Positions 40,887 to 53,260 of a DNA stretch of 64,000 nt are shown piece by piece. Within the stretch, counting starts at the first letter, position 1, and each line of letters begins with the position of its first letter. Source of the DNA: Ophelia neglecta (taxonomy: Eukaryota); the NCBI GenBank assembly GCA_965285935.1, contig OZ260662.1, forward strand, positions 18,662,001 through 18,726,000, read 5' to 3'. The notes beneath the pieces were generated by a model. That model did not search any database, had not been told where the DNA came from, and saw only the letters and a list, made by a program, of their open reading frames with translations. Position numbers and translations under genes: made by a program.

Positions 40887-43601
40887 ATGATATTCTCCCC
40901 AAAGGGCTCATCTATGTCTAATGGGGAAAAAACATGTTCTACATGATACCTCCCATGTATACTCGTACATAGTATTTATATTCCCTTGCCTCTTGGCAGC
41001 TGTTACATCCCCCTATCTATATTCAAAGCCTTCTCATAGAATTGGGAAACATTATCGCGGGATCGTATATAATGTATAATGATATAATATTCGAACAAAA
41101 GGCAGTATAGTCGCTTTGTTGTTACACTATTTTATTTGGCGGATTTTAAGCACAGCATGAAAACACTAGTCTTGCTAATGGTGGTACATGCATTTCGAAT
41201 TTAGTCGAAATATTTCCATAACATTTCATAACATCGTAGTGGGTCAGTAGTGCGACAATAAAAATTGGTCAGTAAGACAATTAGTAAGGATGCACGAGTG
41301 CAAAAAGAAGAACCTGCTTATCGGGGAGTTGTGTACCAATATAATTTTTTTTTAAATGACTGTCTCACTATTATTTGTTTCACAAGGATAAATTAACCAT
41401 TATTTTTGTGTTAGTGTTTCAGAATTTTTATTCAGTGGATTTTGTTTGGTGAATTAACGTATCCATTAACGGGGAAATTCGCATATCGGCTTAACACATA
41501 CCATCAATAACAATTGCTCACAACTGAATCCATATCACATATGAAAGTTAGTTTTTCTGTCCTTATTTCGCGGTTTTTCGATATTCCATATTAGCTACTA
41601 TACCCGTAGTTCTGTTTAACCAGGGGTTCTCGTCTGCAGTACTACTATTCATAAGTTACACAAAAGAGGTTTTAACGTTTCTCTATCAAGTAGTACAACC
41701 GGACAACGTTTGCTCCCACTTGCACAAACACTAATCCTGCTCGCGCTACTTTCAATGCGGAGTAGCAGTGAAGAAGATTATATAGGCGCTTCTATGAGCT
41801 ACAAGCATCAGTGCAGTGATAGTTAATAAATGAATCAAAATATGAAATAGTCTTCGCTGTGCATAAGGTTTTTTATTTATTTATACTTCATCATTGTAAC
41901 CTATTTTAGACGGTGCATCATAACTTTGATGTTAAATGTTCAATCAATGGCTCACTTTTTTTATAAATAATTCGGAGTTAACACTGCTTGGTGTCACGTT
42001 AGAGTAATATAAAACCCAAATGGCCCAAATGGTGTAAAATAAGGTCCTAAATTAAAAAGCAAGACTTTCGAAACAAATAGAAATTACCCTCTCAATATTG
42101 TTCTAATAAAGTTTTTATTTTGACATGTTATTGCTCATTGTTCACTGTTATCACATTGAAAGTAATTTATGATGATACCCTAAACCACTAGCTATTAACG
42201 AACACACTACAAGTATTCAGACTTAACCTAAAACATACCTCCGCCGAACGAGTTTCCTACTATGCTCAGACACTGTTTACGTGCTCTGAAGCCCCAGAAA
42301 ACCAAAGCAGACAGACAATGCTCCTGCCGTCTACGACTATATGCTATACATAGATGTTTGATTTCTCTTCCTTGTCTGATCCTTCGCCCATCACACATTC
42401 ATCACATACCTCACTTTTTCCATGATTGCCTTCTCCAAAAAAACACAAGCTCCCACCATGAATAGCGTATACATCTTTAGTGTGTATAAAATGTGCATGC
42501 GTATACAGCTCAATGAACAAATGTCCACTTCATGATTGAAGTTGGTCTCTGGGAAAAATAGAGTGGATCGAGGCAAAGTAATCAATTGGCAAAGGCAATA
42601 AAGGTAGTTGTAAATCAAGCAAGTACAGTGTTTCTTCTTGTGCTGTTGACACTAGAGATTGCTTGCCAGCCAAAATGGTTATTTCAGGTACGGCTGACAA
42701 TTGTGAATACACAAGATACTGCTCTCTGTTTTACATTATGTGCTAAGACGACGGGCGATATATCTTAACCTGACAGGAATTATACATGACCATCACCACC
42801 AGAATTAGCTTTATGTGGACACTGCCAACCTCAACTAGTTGACGAAAATGCCATGGCAATCAATTAGTACAACTCACAATAAAAGCCTTATCGGCCAAAA
42901 ACAAACACCGGAGTCGGAAAAACCAGGATTACTCATCTTTATTCGAATAACTCCTTCCCGCACAGAAGAAAAATCTTCAAAGGAGTTATGTCTGTGAGAT
43001 GTTTGTATCAATTTCCGTCTTTTGACATAATTATACACAGAGCGATAAACGGTGAATTATATTATCATGAAAGTTTATAAAACGTGCCTTTTATGACTTG
43101 CATTTCCTACCAAGCATTAGTACGATAAAGATCGATTAAATTTGCATCATAACATGAAAACAGGTAATAAAACCACTACAGATCAATTAAGCTCGTCCAT
43201 TTTAATTAGTCACGTGTTCATGGGCTAATCAAGAATCATTCTGAATGATGACACGGCGAGGAAGTGATGGAATAGATAAATGTGTGTGTGTCTGTCGTTT
43301 GTGTGTGTCTAGAACAAGAACGGCCAGGTTATTGTGAAATTTTCGGGACTAGATTACGGCCATAGCATAAAAAAAGCTGTCAGTTTTCAGAATAACGAAG
43401 GCGATTCAATTGCCATATGTATTTGGATTTTGCTTAATGCCGGAGGGGCTTGGCTAGACAGAGGTGCAGGGTATTGCCATTTTTTGAAGGCATGAAGTCT
43501 CAGGGCTACAGACTCTCGAAATAGGTTTAAATTTAGGGTAAGGCAGAGCGCGAGTCAAGTCTAGTCTAGTGCATTGGCCTCAGGCTTCCCCTGTTTATGT
43601 A

Positions 43602-43780
43602 CAGTGAAACCTGTGAATTAAGACCACCCACGGGACTGGAAAATACTAGTCTGATTACAGAGGTGGTCTGTTTAGACTGGTTACTTTAACATTGAAAGTA
43701 TGCAGAATGGTCTTCAAATAAGTGGTCTGAATGGCCAGGTGGTCTGAATATAGAGGTGGTCTTTAAGGCAGGTTTTACTG
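43602..43780 (+). mobile_element. Full-length 179-bp pogo/Tigger-like (Tc1/mariner superfamily) MITE
   Basis: ta|cagtgaaacctg ... caggttttactg|ta: CAGT TIRs, a TA TSD, and internal ggtggtct repeats. Confidence 0.9.
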
Positions 43781-45253
43781 TATATGTACTATGTACAGAT
43801 TTTGGGGGAGCGTGGTGTGTTCTTTTGTGCTATACTGTTTTGGCATCAGCACGAATGTTTCAGTTGAAATATCGATTTGCTTACTGATGTAGTTGGTTCT
43901 GTGAACATAAAACGGGCAGGCAATGTGTGCCTAGCGATGATGATTATTACTAAGCCATGTCCATCTGGCTACGCACGAGTGTGTTCTTAACGACCCAGCC
44001 GTCTCTGCGATGATATAAGTAGGCAATATCAGGCCAATTCAACACGGTCATGTCAACTTGATAAATGCCATTCTAACCTTCCTGAAGGTGGAATCTTAAA
44101 TCTTTGTCATACCATCGTTAGTCCAATTGACGGCACTCCGGCCTAATTAACTTTTGTAATCGACTGGCTGAGGGAAAAGCGGCTTCCATTTTTAATTTCT
44201 GCTTTTCTTACTTTGTGTTTAAATGTCATCCAACGTGTCAAGACTGTATTGTGCGTTTGTTATGGTGCTGAATTATATCGTTGGAAAAACAGAATAGAAA
44301 CCGGATTGACAACGAAAATATCGTCGAAAAAAGAGTCGACTCTTTTGCGTTAACTATTACTTAAACCATGAGGAATCGTCTGGTGAAGAACCACAGCGGA
44401 AACCAGAGTGGCTTCAACATATTTTGGTACCGGAGGGGGGGGGGGGTACATGTAAGTCGCCGTGCTGCATCTTGCATGTGGTGTATGCGTTATATCTGTT
44501 GCCTTTTTTTTAAACAGTATTCCATTACATAACGGTGTTGTTCTTTTTCTTTCCAGGTAAGTGAATCGAATGCTGTATTTCATATCGGGACCATATTTGG
44601 AAATTTGAACTAAGGTCATTAGATAAACAACTAAATGGTAGGTGATCGTTACGGTTTATGTAAACTTTAAAATGGCTTTTGGAATGCGGTTTTGATAGAC
44701 CAGCTTGGCGATACGTATGACTATCACTTCAAAGCATGCGTGCCCTCTCATTTATTTTGCGGAAAAAGACGGTGACAATAGAGGATACTGCACGCTGTTT
44801 TTCGTGCCTACCAAAATATCTAAGCGTGCAGCGCAGTTCCTCGTTTCTCGCCAGTTGGCGCTAATATTGAAAGTTTCTCATGCAAACCCGATCAGACATG
44901 GGGCGAATACATTGAAAAGTATTCGAATACGAATACGAATACTTGAAAAAATCATGAATACGAATGCGAATACGAATACACATATTTTTGAATGTATTCG
45001 AATACGAATACGAATACATTTTAAAGTATTCATGAATGCATTCATGAATACTTTTCACTTAATAAGGTAATGATATGAAAGTTTTGGTCATAAATCATTA
45101 TTTATTCTTTAAACATTAACAGTAATACAACTGCACAACTTAGACTATCACAGCATCTTTGATCAAGAAGGTGTAATATAATGTTTTAAGTACAATTAAT
45201 TGGACCTGTGTTGCCTCATGGTCTCATTCTAGAGTTAAGTGCAGATTGGTATA

Positions 45254-45400
45254 CAGTAGATCCTGCGTTCTACGGACCCTCTGACTGACGGACAACTGCA
45301 ATATATGGATAGTTATTCCGAACGAACTGTTTATTCATTAATATTTCCAGGTAGCAGCGGAAAACTCCCAAACACGGAACGGACAGTGATTTTAATGCAT
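45254..45400 (+). mobile_element. Left end of a pogo/Tigger-like element nested in the hAT
   Basis: ta|cagtagatcctgcgttctacggac followed by repeated acggac-like motifs. No right TIR was found. Confidence 0.4.
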
Positions 45401-45587
45401 TTTTGGTCATTTTGAACCCTACTATGAGAATTTGCTATTTTTCCTTAAAGCAAGATTCGGTAGGAAGGCGACAAGTGACTTTGGTTTGAGATCAATTGCG
45501 TACCTACAACTTGAAATGACTTTGGTTTGAGACTATAACTACAACATAAAGAGTAATAAGGACACCTTTGTCAGTGCTGATAAACAG

Positions 45588-46290
45588 CAGGGTTGTTAAA
45601 TATCTTATTGCATGAATGCTATCATAGCTATTTGAATACAATGTTTGTACTCAGATATTATACATCACTTGACTACTAGTGTATGATTCATTCATTTCAA
45701 GTAATTCAGGAAGAGTACAGATAGAGTGAGGGGTGTTGTTTGTTTATAGCATAGGGTGAGAAAATCATCAGCCCTGGGGTTGAGCAGGTTATATCCATTG
45801 AGTGATACCAGACTGAATTTAAGGGGATTTTGATTGTCATTGGCTCATTGTGTAAACAGGAAATTTTCAGGGATTCCCTTTGTGTTTCAATTACAAATAA
45901 ACATGATAGTGTATAGGACAGGGGGTGTGGGGTATAATTGCCATTAATTAGTGTTCTATTGTGTATATAGTGTCTGAGGGGCAGCTAGTAGTCTGGGTAT
46001 GTGTAAATCTGGTGTAAATGCCTTCACTCTGTTACATATCTATACCATATCATTATGTGTTGTTTAGACTAGTAGGTAAGAAGTGAGTTCTATCATGGCA
46101 GTCTAGCATTAAACATCAACTGATGTGCTTGGTGGGGATGGGGTGGGGACGTGGGGGTGAATTGATGGGCTGGATTGCTAGTAAATTTATATTGCCCAGA
46201 TTCTCCAATAATCCCCAATAAGCCCAAATTATACCAATTTGCCTATTGGGGAGGGTTTTATGCATAAAACCCGGGTTTTTGCCAACTCTG
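45588..46290. mobile_element. Probable older hAT-type element nested inside the larger hAT
   Basis: Termini cagggttg... / ...gccaactctg, flanked by ataaacag and gtcaacag (6/8 match, a degenerate 8-bp TSD). Confidence 0.5.
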
Positions 46291-48061
46291 GTCAACAGAG
46301 GACTGGACTTTTTTGATATTAGCTGTTGATAGTTGATATATTATAGTAATAGTTAATAGTGTTGTGATTATATATATAGTACTATGCATCTCATCCATGC
46401 ATTGTGGTTAATTTGCAATCTAATTATCAAGTCTGTTTTAGACTCATCTCAGTACTTAACATTCCTCAAACTTGAAGTGCAAATAAACATATTCGGTTGT
46501 ATCTTGTTAGTTTATATGGTAAAAGGAATAAACATTGAAGGAGATTCTTTTCCAACTTTATGTCAGTGTTAATTTTCATGGACAATTGTGTTGAAATTAT
46601 AGAAACCTTTATTCTTAATTTGAATTGATTGCATCACCTAACATTTAATATGTTCTCTTTTTATAAACAATTTATTTCACATGTATTCATGGATGTATTC
46701 ATGAATGCGAATACATTTGAATGTTTTCGAATACAAATACGAATACATAGACTGATTTCTCTAATGTATTCGAATACGTATTCGAATACTCAAAATTTTG
46801 TATTCGAATGCATTCGAATGCGAATACTGAATACGATTACCCCATGTCTGAACCCGATATGAAAATTCCTGGACTCAAAGATTCGTCGTTAGACACAATC
46901 TCAATATTTATTTTTCGATTAAACATATTAAGGCTATATACAATCAATTATTCACCTTTATTAAGATGTTCACCAATGTGAACCGATAAGGACAAATTAT
47001 GTTAAATTTTTTTTAGGATTTAAGATTTATGATGCAATTAAGGTTTATGATAGCAATATTCATCTGAATACAAATTTTAATTATCAGAAAATACTTATAG
47101 GTAAAAACCAAATACTATGCCATTTGCAGCATTGCTTTATTTGTAATAATGCTTGAAATTTATGCCATAACACTGGGGTGTTCCGTTATGTTGCACTGGG
47201 TTTACTGAGCATATTGTTGTGAGTGTGTTTGTCACGATAGAAATTCATGTATTGTTGCATACGGTTAACTAGGTAAATGAATAAGAATCTCATAATAAAT
47301 TTTATGAATGTGCGTGTGGATGAAATTTAATGTAACTTGTGTCTGGGCGCGGCCAGTAACTCTACCACTGCTGTAACTGCCGTTCTAAGTAAAATTGAAT
47401 TCAACCGGAATCATTCAAACCTTGCATTGTTGTGCTACTGGAAATAAATCCAAAAAATCAATTAGTCCTGCTTAGAACATTCTAGGGCAAAAATGAAGAA
47501 TGTCATATGTTGACCAATGGCTCGTATATTTTGTTCTCATACTGACATCTTTTAAAATCGCCTCATACTAACCATTGCTCAGGATATTAATTTTATTGTC
47601 ATGCTATTTTCATAAAAGGCTAATTCACAATTACTTATACATATTGAGTGTGATGTGTCTTGACCTATAGAAATTTCCATGTGGCAGACAAAGCAATATT
47701 ATTAATCACAAGTAGCCCCATACATCAGAAAGAAAACGCCAGGAACAGTCTACTACAGACCAATAGCATCAAATTGCTCCTTCCCACCAGCCATTTAACT
47801 TGGAAATAAATTAATAATCTCTTGAAAGTACAATTCATTTTATTGGCTATAACACGTAGTCAACATTTGTTCACGAGGCTTGTCAGAGCACAAACGAACA
47901 AAGCAGTGGGAGGCAAAGAAATCATGGCGACAGTACAATGTATGAGGTCAGTAGGGAATTCGTTAAAATTCAATTCCGAATGCGATAACGCAAACCATTA
48001 GCAATATTGTAGGTTCCTTTATATTTCTGGTGGAGTTTCTAAAAGCAACAAAAGCATCTTT

Positions 48062-48545
48062 GTTTCCTCTTTAAACTTGGTCTCGTTTGGTAAGAAGAAA
48101 CGTTACGCGGAATGAAAAAACCTGAAAGCTTTGTAGACAGATACTAGCATCACATCCGGTGCTAATTGCTAGTAAATCTCCAAGCTTCCGACATTTTATT
48201 TATTAATGGGGTTCTTTGCACGAGGTTGATATCGCGAATAAGAGGGTTTCCAAAGTTGCGCTGAAATATATGTTCATATACACGCATTAAACAACAAACC
48301 ATTGCGATGAATGTTGTCTATTAAATCCAAGGCACTGCCTTAAAGTGAAGATAGTCATGGGACCGATGAATGATAGGGTTTTAATGTTAGCGCATTCTTT
48401 GAAGAAAGGCTTATAAAAAAAGGGAAATATACATTTGATATTTATATTTAAGTAACAAAGAAATTATTGTCTTTTTACCATACAGAAATAGGAAGTACCT
48501 AGTATCAGTAGCCGAAGGTCTACAGATATAACGATCGTAAGCTGT
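48062..48545 (+). repeat. Copy 1 of a ~500-bp diverged direct repeat
   Basis: Colinear with 51640-52168 through shared blocks ttggtctcgttt, tgctaattgcta, cttccgacatttta, aaaccattgcgatga, atagtcat, tacatttgatattta, gatataacgat.gtaagct. Confidence 0.9.
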
Positions 48546-51500
48546 ATCCGTTTTTTTTTCAAGCCTTACGTTGTTTGCTATTGCTTTTATCGCTATGCGA
48601 TGTAATCTGTTTTACTGTGCTGTTCCAGTAGCAATTGATTTATTTAAACGGTTTAAATGTGATACCAACACAAAGTTCGAGAATACTTACCGTTAAAACG
48701 CGGTAACAACTCATTGCAGTCCTTTTCACATGACAAAATACACGAGTCAAATAATATTTACAATCAACTGGCAAACATATGAAATGCTATGTGCTTGCGA
48801 TGAAATGATTGATAAACTTACATACTTCTAAATGTTTGGAACACTGCTTCTGTTTCGTGTTCGAAGCTCCAAATGGCGCGTCATTCTCTGAATCACTGAC
48901 CGTAGTGCTCGGCTAACTTGATATACATACCAAATAGCATGTTTGTAATACGCAGTTTATTTAGCATGAGCTTGTACCGATGTGACGTACTTGTATGAGT
49001 TTTCCCAGCCTTTTCAAGAGTTATAGAAGTGGCCCGTACCATTTGCCAATCAGTTAGACCAGTTCATTCTACTCGTAGTGGACGAAAATAATATAAAGTC
49101 TGACTCCTCACCCGATATATTAATGTTTATCCAACACTATTTGATGATTGACAGTGTCAAATGCCTTGCTACAATCCAAGTAAAATCCCCAGAACATAAT
49201 CATTGTTTTTCAAAGCATCCAGAAACTTGTCTACGGGAATTATAAGAGCAGTATTTTTACCATGACCCACTCTTAACCCGAGCTGCTATCTGTATAGAAA
49301 GTTATAGTTATTTATATATCCAATCACTCTAATTTTCCTTTTACTGGGATTTTAGAATATACATAAATGCAGACTTGTAATTGCTTACAGTCATTTGACA
49401 ATCAATTTTGAATAGAGTGAGTACCTCTGGAATTTTTAATCAGGAAAAATACCTTGATCTATGGACAAGTTAAATAAATATGTCATACACTAACTTATAC
49501 AAAAACGGGTAGATTATATAATATTGGCAGCCAAGTCTTCCCATTCTGAACTGGATTCATTCAAAGAACATATAACTTTTAATATTTCCTCATTATTCGT
49601 TGGCCTTATATACAAGACCTGAGGATAGTCACTACACATATAATCTTAAGTGCATTGCCAGAGTACTAGCAAAATTAAAATATAAATTATTATTTTCACT
49701 GTAATGATAAGTATACTCTGTTATATAGTATAAGTTTTGTAAATTTGTTCATGATATAACAGTATGATTGAGAAACTTTCTATGTAATCAGTTTTTTAAA
49801 GATATAGATTTGCACAAGCCTTCAGTAAGCCATGGTTTGCATGGTCTATATCCACATTTAATTCATTATACACAAGCAATTATCATAACACTGATAGATT
49901 ATTTTATGAAAGAGAGAGAAAGCAGTATCACAATTTGTCTAAGACAAATTATCTACCCAATTTACATTTTCCAACTCTGCAATAATTTCTGTGTACTTGA
50001 TTCACTGCGATATCCTTTGTTTAAATAAAAAAGAGATTCGGCGGAATAGATGTCAATTGTTATACAAAATATTGGGAATCGATCAGTTATATCTGTGCGA
50101 AATTTGCCCTGTAGAATCCCATCGCCAATTACAAAATTGCAAACGATATTGTCTTGAAGTGTAGCAGTAGTTTTATTCAAACGGGTAGGTTTATATAAAG
50201 TGGGAAGGAAAAATAAGAATAAAATAGCTCTTATAATTTAGCAAGGAGTTTTGGCATGGTGTTCTGAAATCAGCAAATTAATATTAAAATCACCGTTATA
50301 ATATACAATTTTATTTTCCTTTTTAATTCTAGATAGTATATTTGCTATGCTTTGAAGAAATTTATCAATATTAGTATTTTGATGTATATATAAAGAAATT
50401 ATTATAACATTTTTTCAATGTGATGTTGCACCTTTCGTTTATTCAAAACAAAAAGATTCAATGTTGCTTTCGATAACACCTAAATCCTTGCGAACCTGCT
50501 TCCAAGTGACGACTAAACAAACATGGAAATGCCTCCCGCACCTATGGAAGATCTAATTATTTTCTCATGATAGCCACCATCAATATCATATAAATCAAAT
50601 ACTTCAACCATGTTTCACATAAATAGACAATACGAAAATTAAGCTTCAGTGCCTGCAAATATATAGAAAGTCTATCCTGGTTCCTCGGCAGGCTCTTTGT
50701 ATTTAAGTTTATTAGTAAAATAATTCTCTCATTAATATGTTACTTATCAAATTGTTTAATGAATGAATCTTCAAAATAGTAAACACTAGAACGAAATAAA
50801 TGCTGTCACTGTAATAATGCATATCCGATCCAAGTCATATTAAAGTGAGTCCACAATGCTATCGTCCACGTTAAATGGGTTATACAGGATATCGTTTAAA
50901 TAGTTAATTATTGATAATTCTTTCTGCCCGAATTTCATCTTGTGATTTAAAGGAAAACTATAAAGTATAAAAATCCCTTGATTAACATTTCTATTAATAT
51001 ATAGAAAGTCATTCTTTCTAATGGTTGAATAATTCAGGTGGCATGAAAGTTGGAAAATTCTTATTGAGCAATAGATACATATAAATGACTTCATTGTTAG
51101 GGTGGGTGAAAAGTGTTAAACAAGGCAAAAGGTAGGTAAGGTGGATATAGTGTCAAAGTGTCCAACACGACAAAGTCGTTATATGTAATCAACGAATTAT
51201 ACAAGAATCGCTGTGAATCGTCAGGTCTATTAATGGCATCAGTGATCAGTTTTTAAAACAAGAAAATATATTCTAATTAATGCCATAATACGCGTTAAAT
51301 ATAAAAAATTCAAAGTTACCGATCATTTAGCTACTGGCAGCTCTATTTACGTCAGGGATGAATCCGATAGATGTTATCCTGTTGTGATTGGTCTTTTTCA
51401 ATACCTTCCCATCTGGTGTCCATTAGTCTGTTAAACCTTAACTCTTATCACGTTTCTTCGCCTCCAAAAGCTCTAGACGGAAATTGAAGCAAGACGCCTG

Positions 51501-51639
51501 TACAGTGTAAGAAGTTAGTAAGGTATTCAGTATAATCATAAAGTTGGGTGTCACTGCACATCATTAGCAGTAACATAGTTCCTTATATAATTCTGGAAGA
51601 CTTGCCTAAAACAATGTAAGCAGGAAGTTCTCACTTGGT

Positions 51640-52168
51640 TTCCTTTTTAAATTTGGTCTCGTTTTGTAAGAAATGGAAATCTTGAAAGCTATGTAGGCAG
51701 ATATGAACATTACATCCGATGCTAATTGCTAAAAAGTATCCAAACTTCCGACATTTTACTTAAGCTAATGGGGTCTAGTCCACGAGGTTAATATCGCGAT
51801 AAGAGAATCAGTTGCGCCGATATTTTCGTATAAAAGCATTTAACAATAAACCATTGCGATGACTGTTGTCCATTGAAAAAACAAAGCACTGCTTAAATGT
51901 GAACATAGTCATAGGGCCGACGTATGTATAGAATGATAGGTTTTTTATTTTAACTTTTTCTACGAAGATGGGCTTTCAAAATACTGAAAAATACATTTGA
52001 TATTTACATTTATATTTAAAGAACAATGGAAATATTTCCTTCTGACCATTCGGAAACAAGAAATACACAGCTGGCGAAGATTTAGGTTTTGATATTTCGA
52101 AAGCAACTAAGTATCTGTTAAAAGTCGTCTCGGTGGCCGAAGCTCTACGGATATAACGATTGTAAGCT
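51640..52168 (+). repeat. Copy 2 of the ~500-bp diverged direct repeat
   Basis: Same blocks in the same order as 48062-48545, with many substitutions and indels. Confidence 0.9.
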
Positions 52169-52939
52169 ATAGTCATATTTTCATATTATGTTTTTTTCAA
52201 GTCTCGTGTTTCTCTTTAACCTACATTATAGGAGAGTCCTCTCCCTGCTCCTCAGGGTCGGGGGACGGGCATAACTGGGCAGGCATAACTATGAAAATAT
52301 TTTGAACTTTGACTACCATGATTTTCGAAAGCCGGAGAAGGTTAGTTTGGCTAACCCTCCGTCCTCCGCGCCACCCGTCAGGGCAGCTCTCCCACATCAC
52401 TGTTGGAATGGTACCTATGCCTCTTAGGTGCCCATATCACCCACGACATATCATTCGATCACTCGCTTACATTGTGGCAAAATACCCACTGACAGGAATA
52501 TTTGTCTCATGCGCCTTTATATACACTCAAACTTAATTCATTAAAAGTACATGTAAACAGCCCAAAAATGGAACATCAATCTTTGAATGTATACTCCAAA
52601 AGTCCGCATAATCACCTCAATATGGAATATTACACACGGTGTTGGGAATTGTCATCCCCAAGTCGTACAGCCTCTTAGGACACAGATACAATTCATACCA
52701 GGGTGAGTGCTATGAAGTCCTGTTCCCCTTTCACTGGTGCCCTTGGTCGAGTAGACTGAACTGCCTTTTACGGGACTCCAGCGCTCCGCGAAAAAAACGT
52801 ACATGTTAAGTTGTATACTTCAAACACAATGGATGCTCATTTATCCAAAAAAGGAACTTTTCCCTGACAAAGAATTTCAAAGAATATAAATAGTCTTAAC
52901 TTCAAGACCAGGTCCGTTTGTATTTAACTTCGGATTAGG

Positions 52940-53260
52940 ATCAACTGTATGGGAAAGACTTTCGAACCAAGTCGCTACCGCGGGCATAGGACATCAACGC
53001 CTGATCAACTGTGGACCAGTAATAAGAAAATCAACGGCTTGGATGAAAGCGGAACTAACCAAACACTTGGACCCGAGTTGATGTCTGGATAATGGATGCT
53101 AATGGCGATGGGATTAACTAGAAGCAATTTGGAGCAATAATAAAATGCCTAGCAACTTCTGATGGCCTCGTGGACATAGTACACAGCTGGCATGTTGAAG
53201 TATACATAAAGAGATGCTTGATTCGTACTAATGAGGCATTGTTAATGACAGTGCTTCTTA
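52940..53260 (+). pseudogene. Possible highly decayed Academ-like transposase C-terminal fragment
   Basis: Across frames it reads KSLP.....AWMKAELTKHLDPS..W, reminiscent of the 'LPPT...W..A....DP...GW' motif. Many stops. Confidence 0.25.

Larger units (their letters stand above)
44893..46850. mobile_element. Non-autonomous hAT DNA transposon, 1958 bp
   Basis: 11-bp perfect TIRs cagacatgggg / ccccatgtctg, perfect 8-bp TSD aacccgat (44885-44892 and 46851-46858), and subterminal GAATAC/GTATTC arrays at both ends (~44905-45051 and ~46684-46835). Confidence 0.95.

Noticed and set aside
44705-45070. ORFs with IRIRIR / YSYSYS repeats (also 46629-46862)
   Set aside because: They are translations of the GAATAC subterminal arrays of the hAT element.
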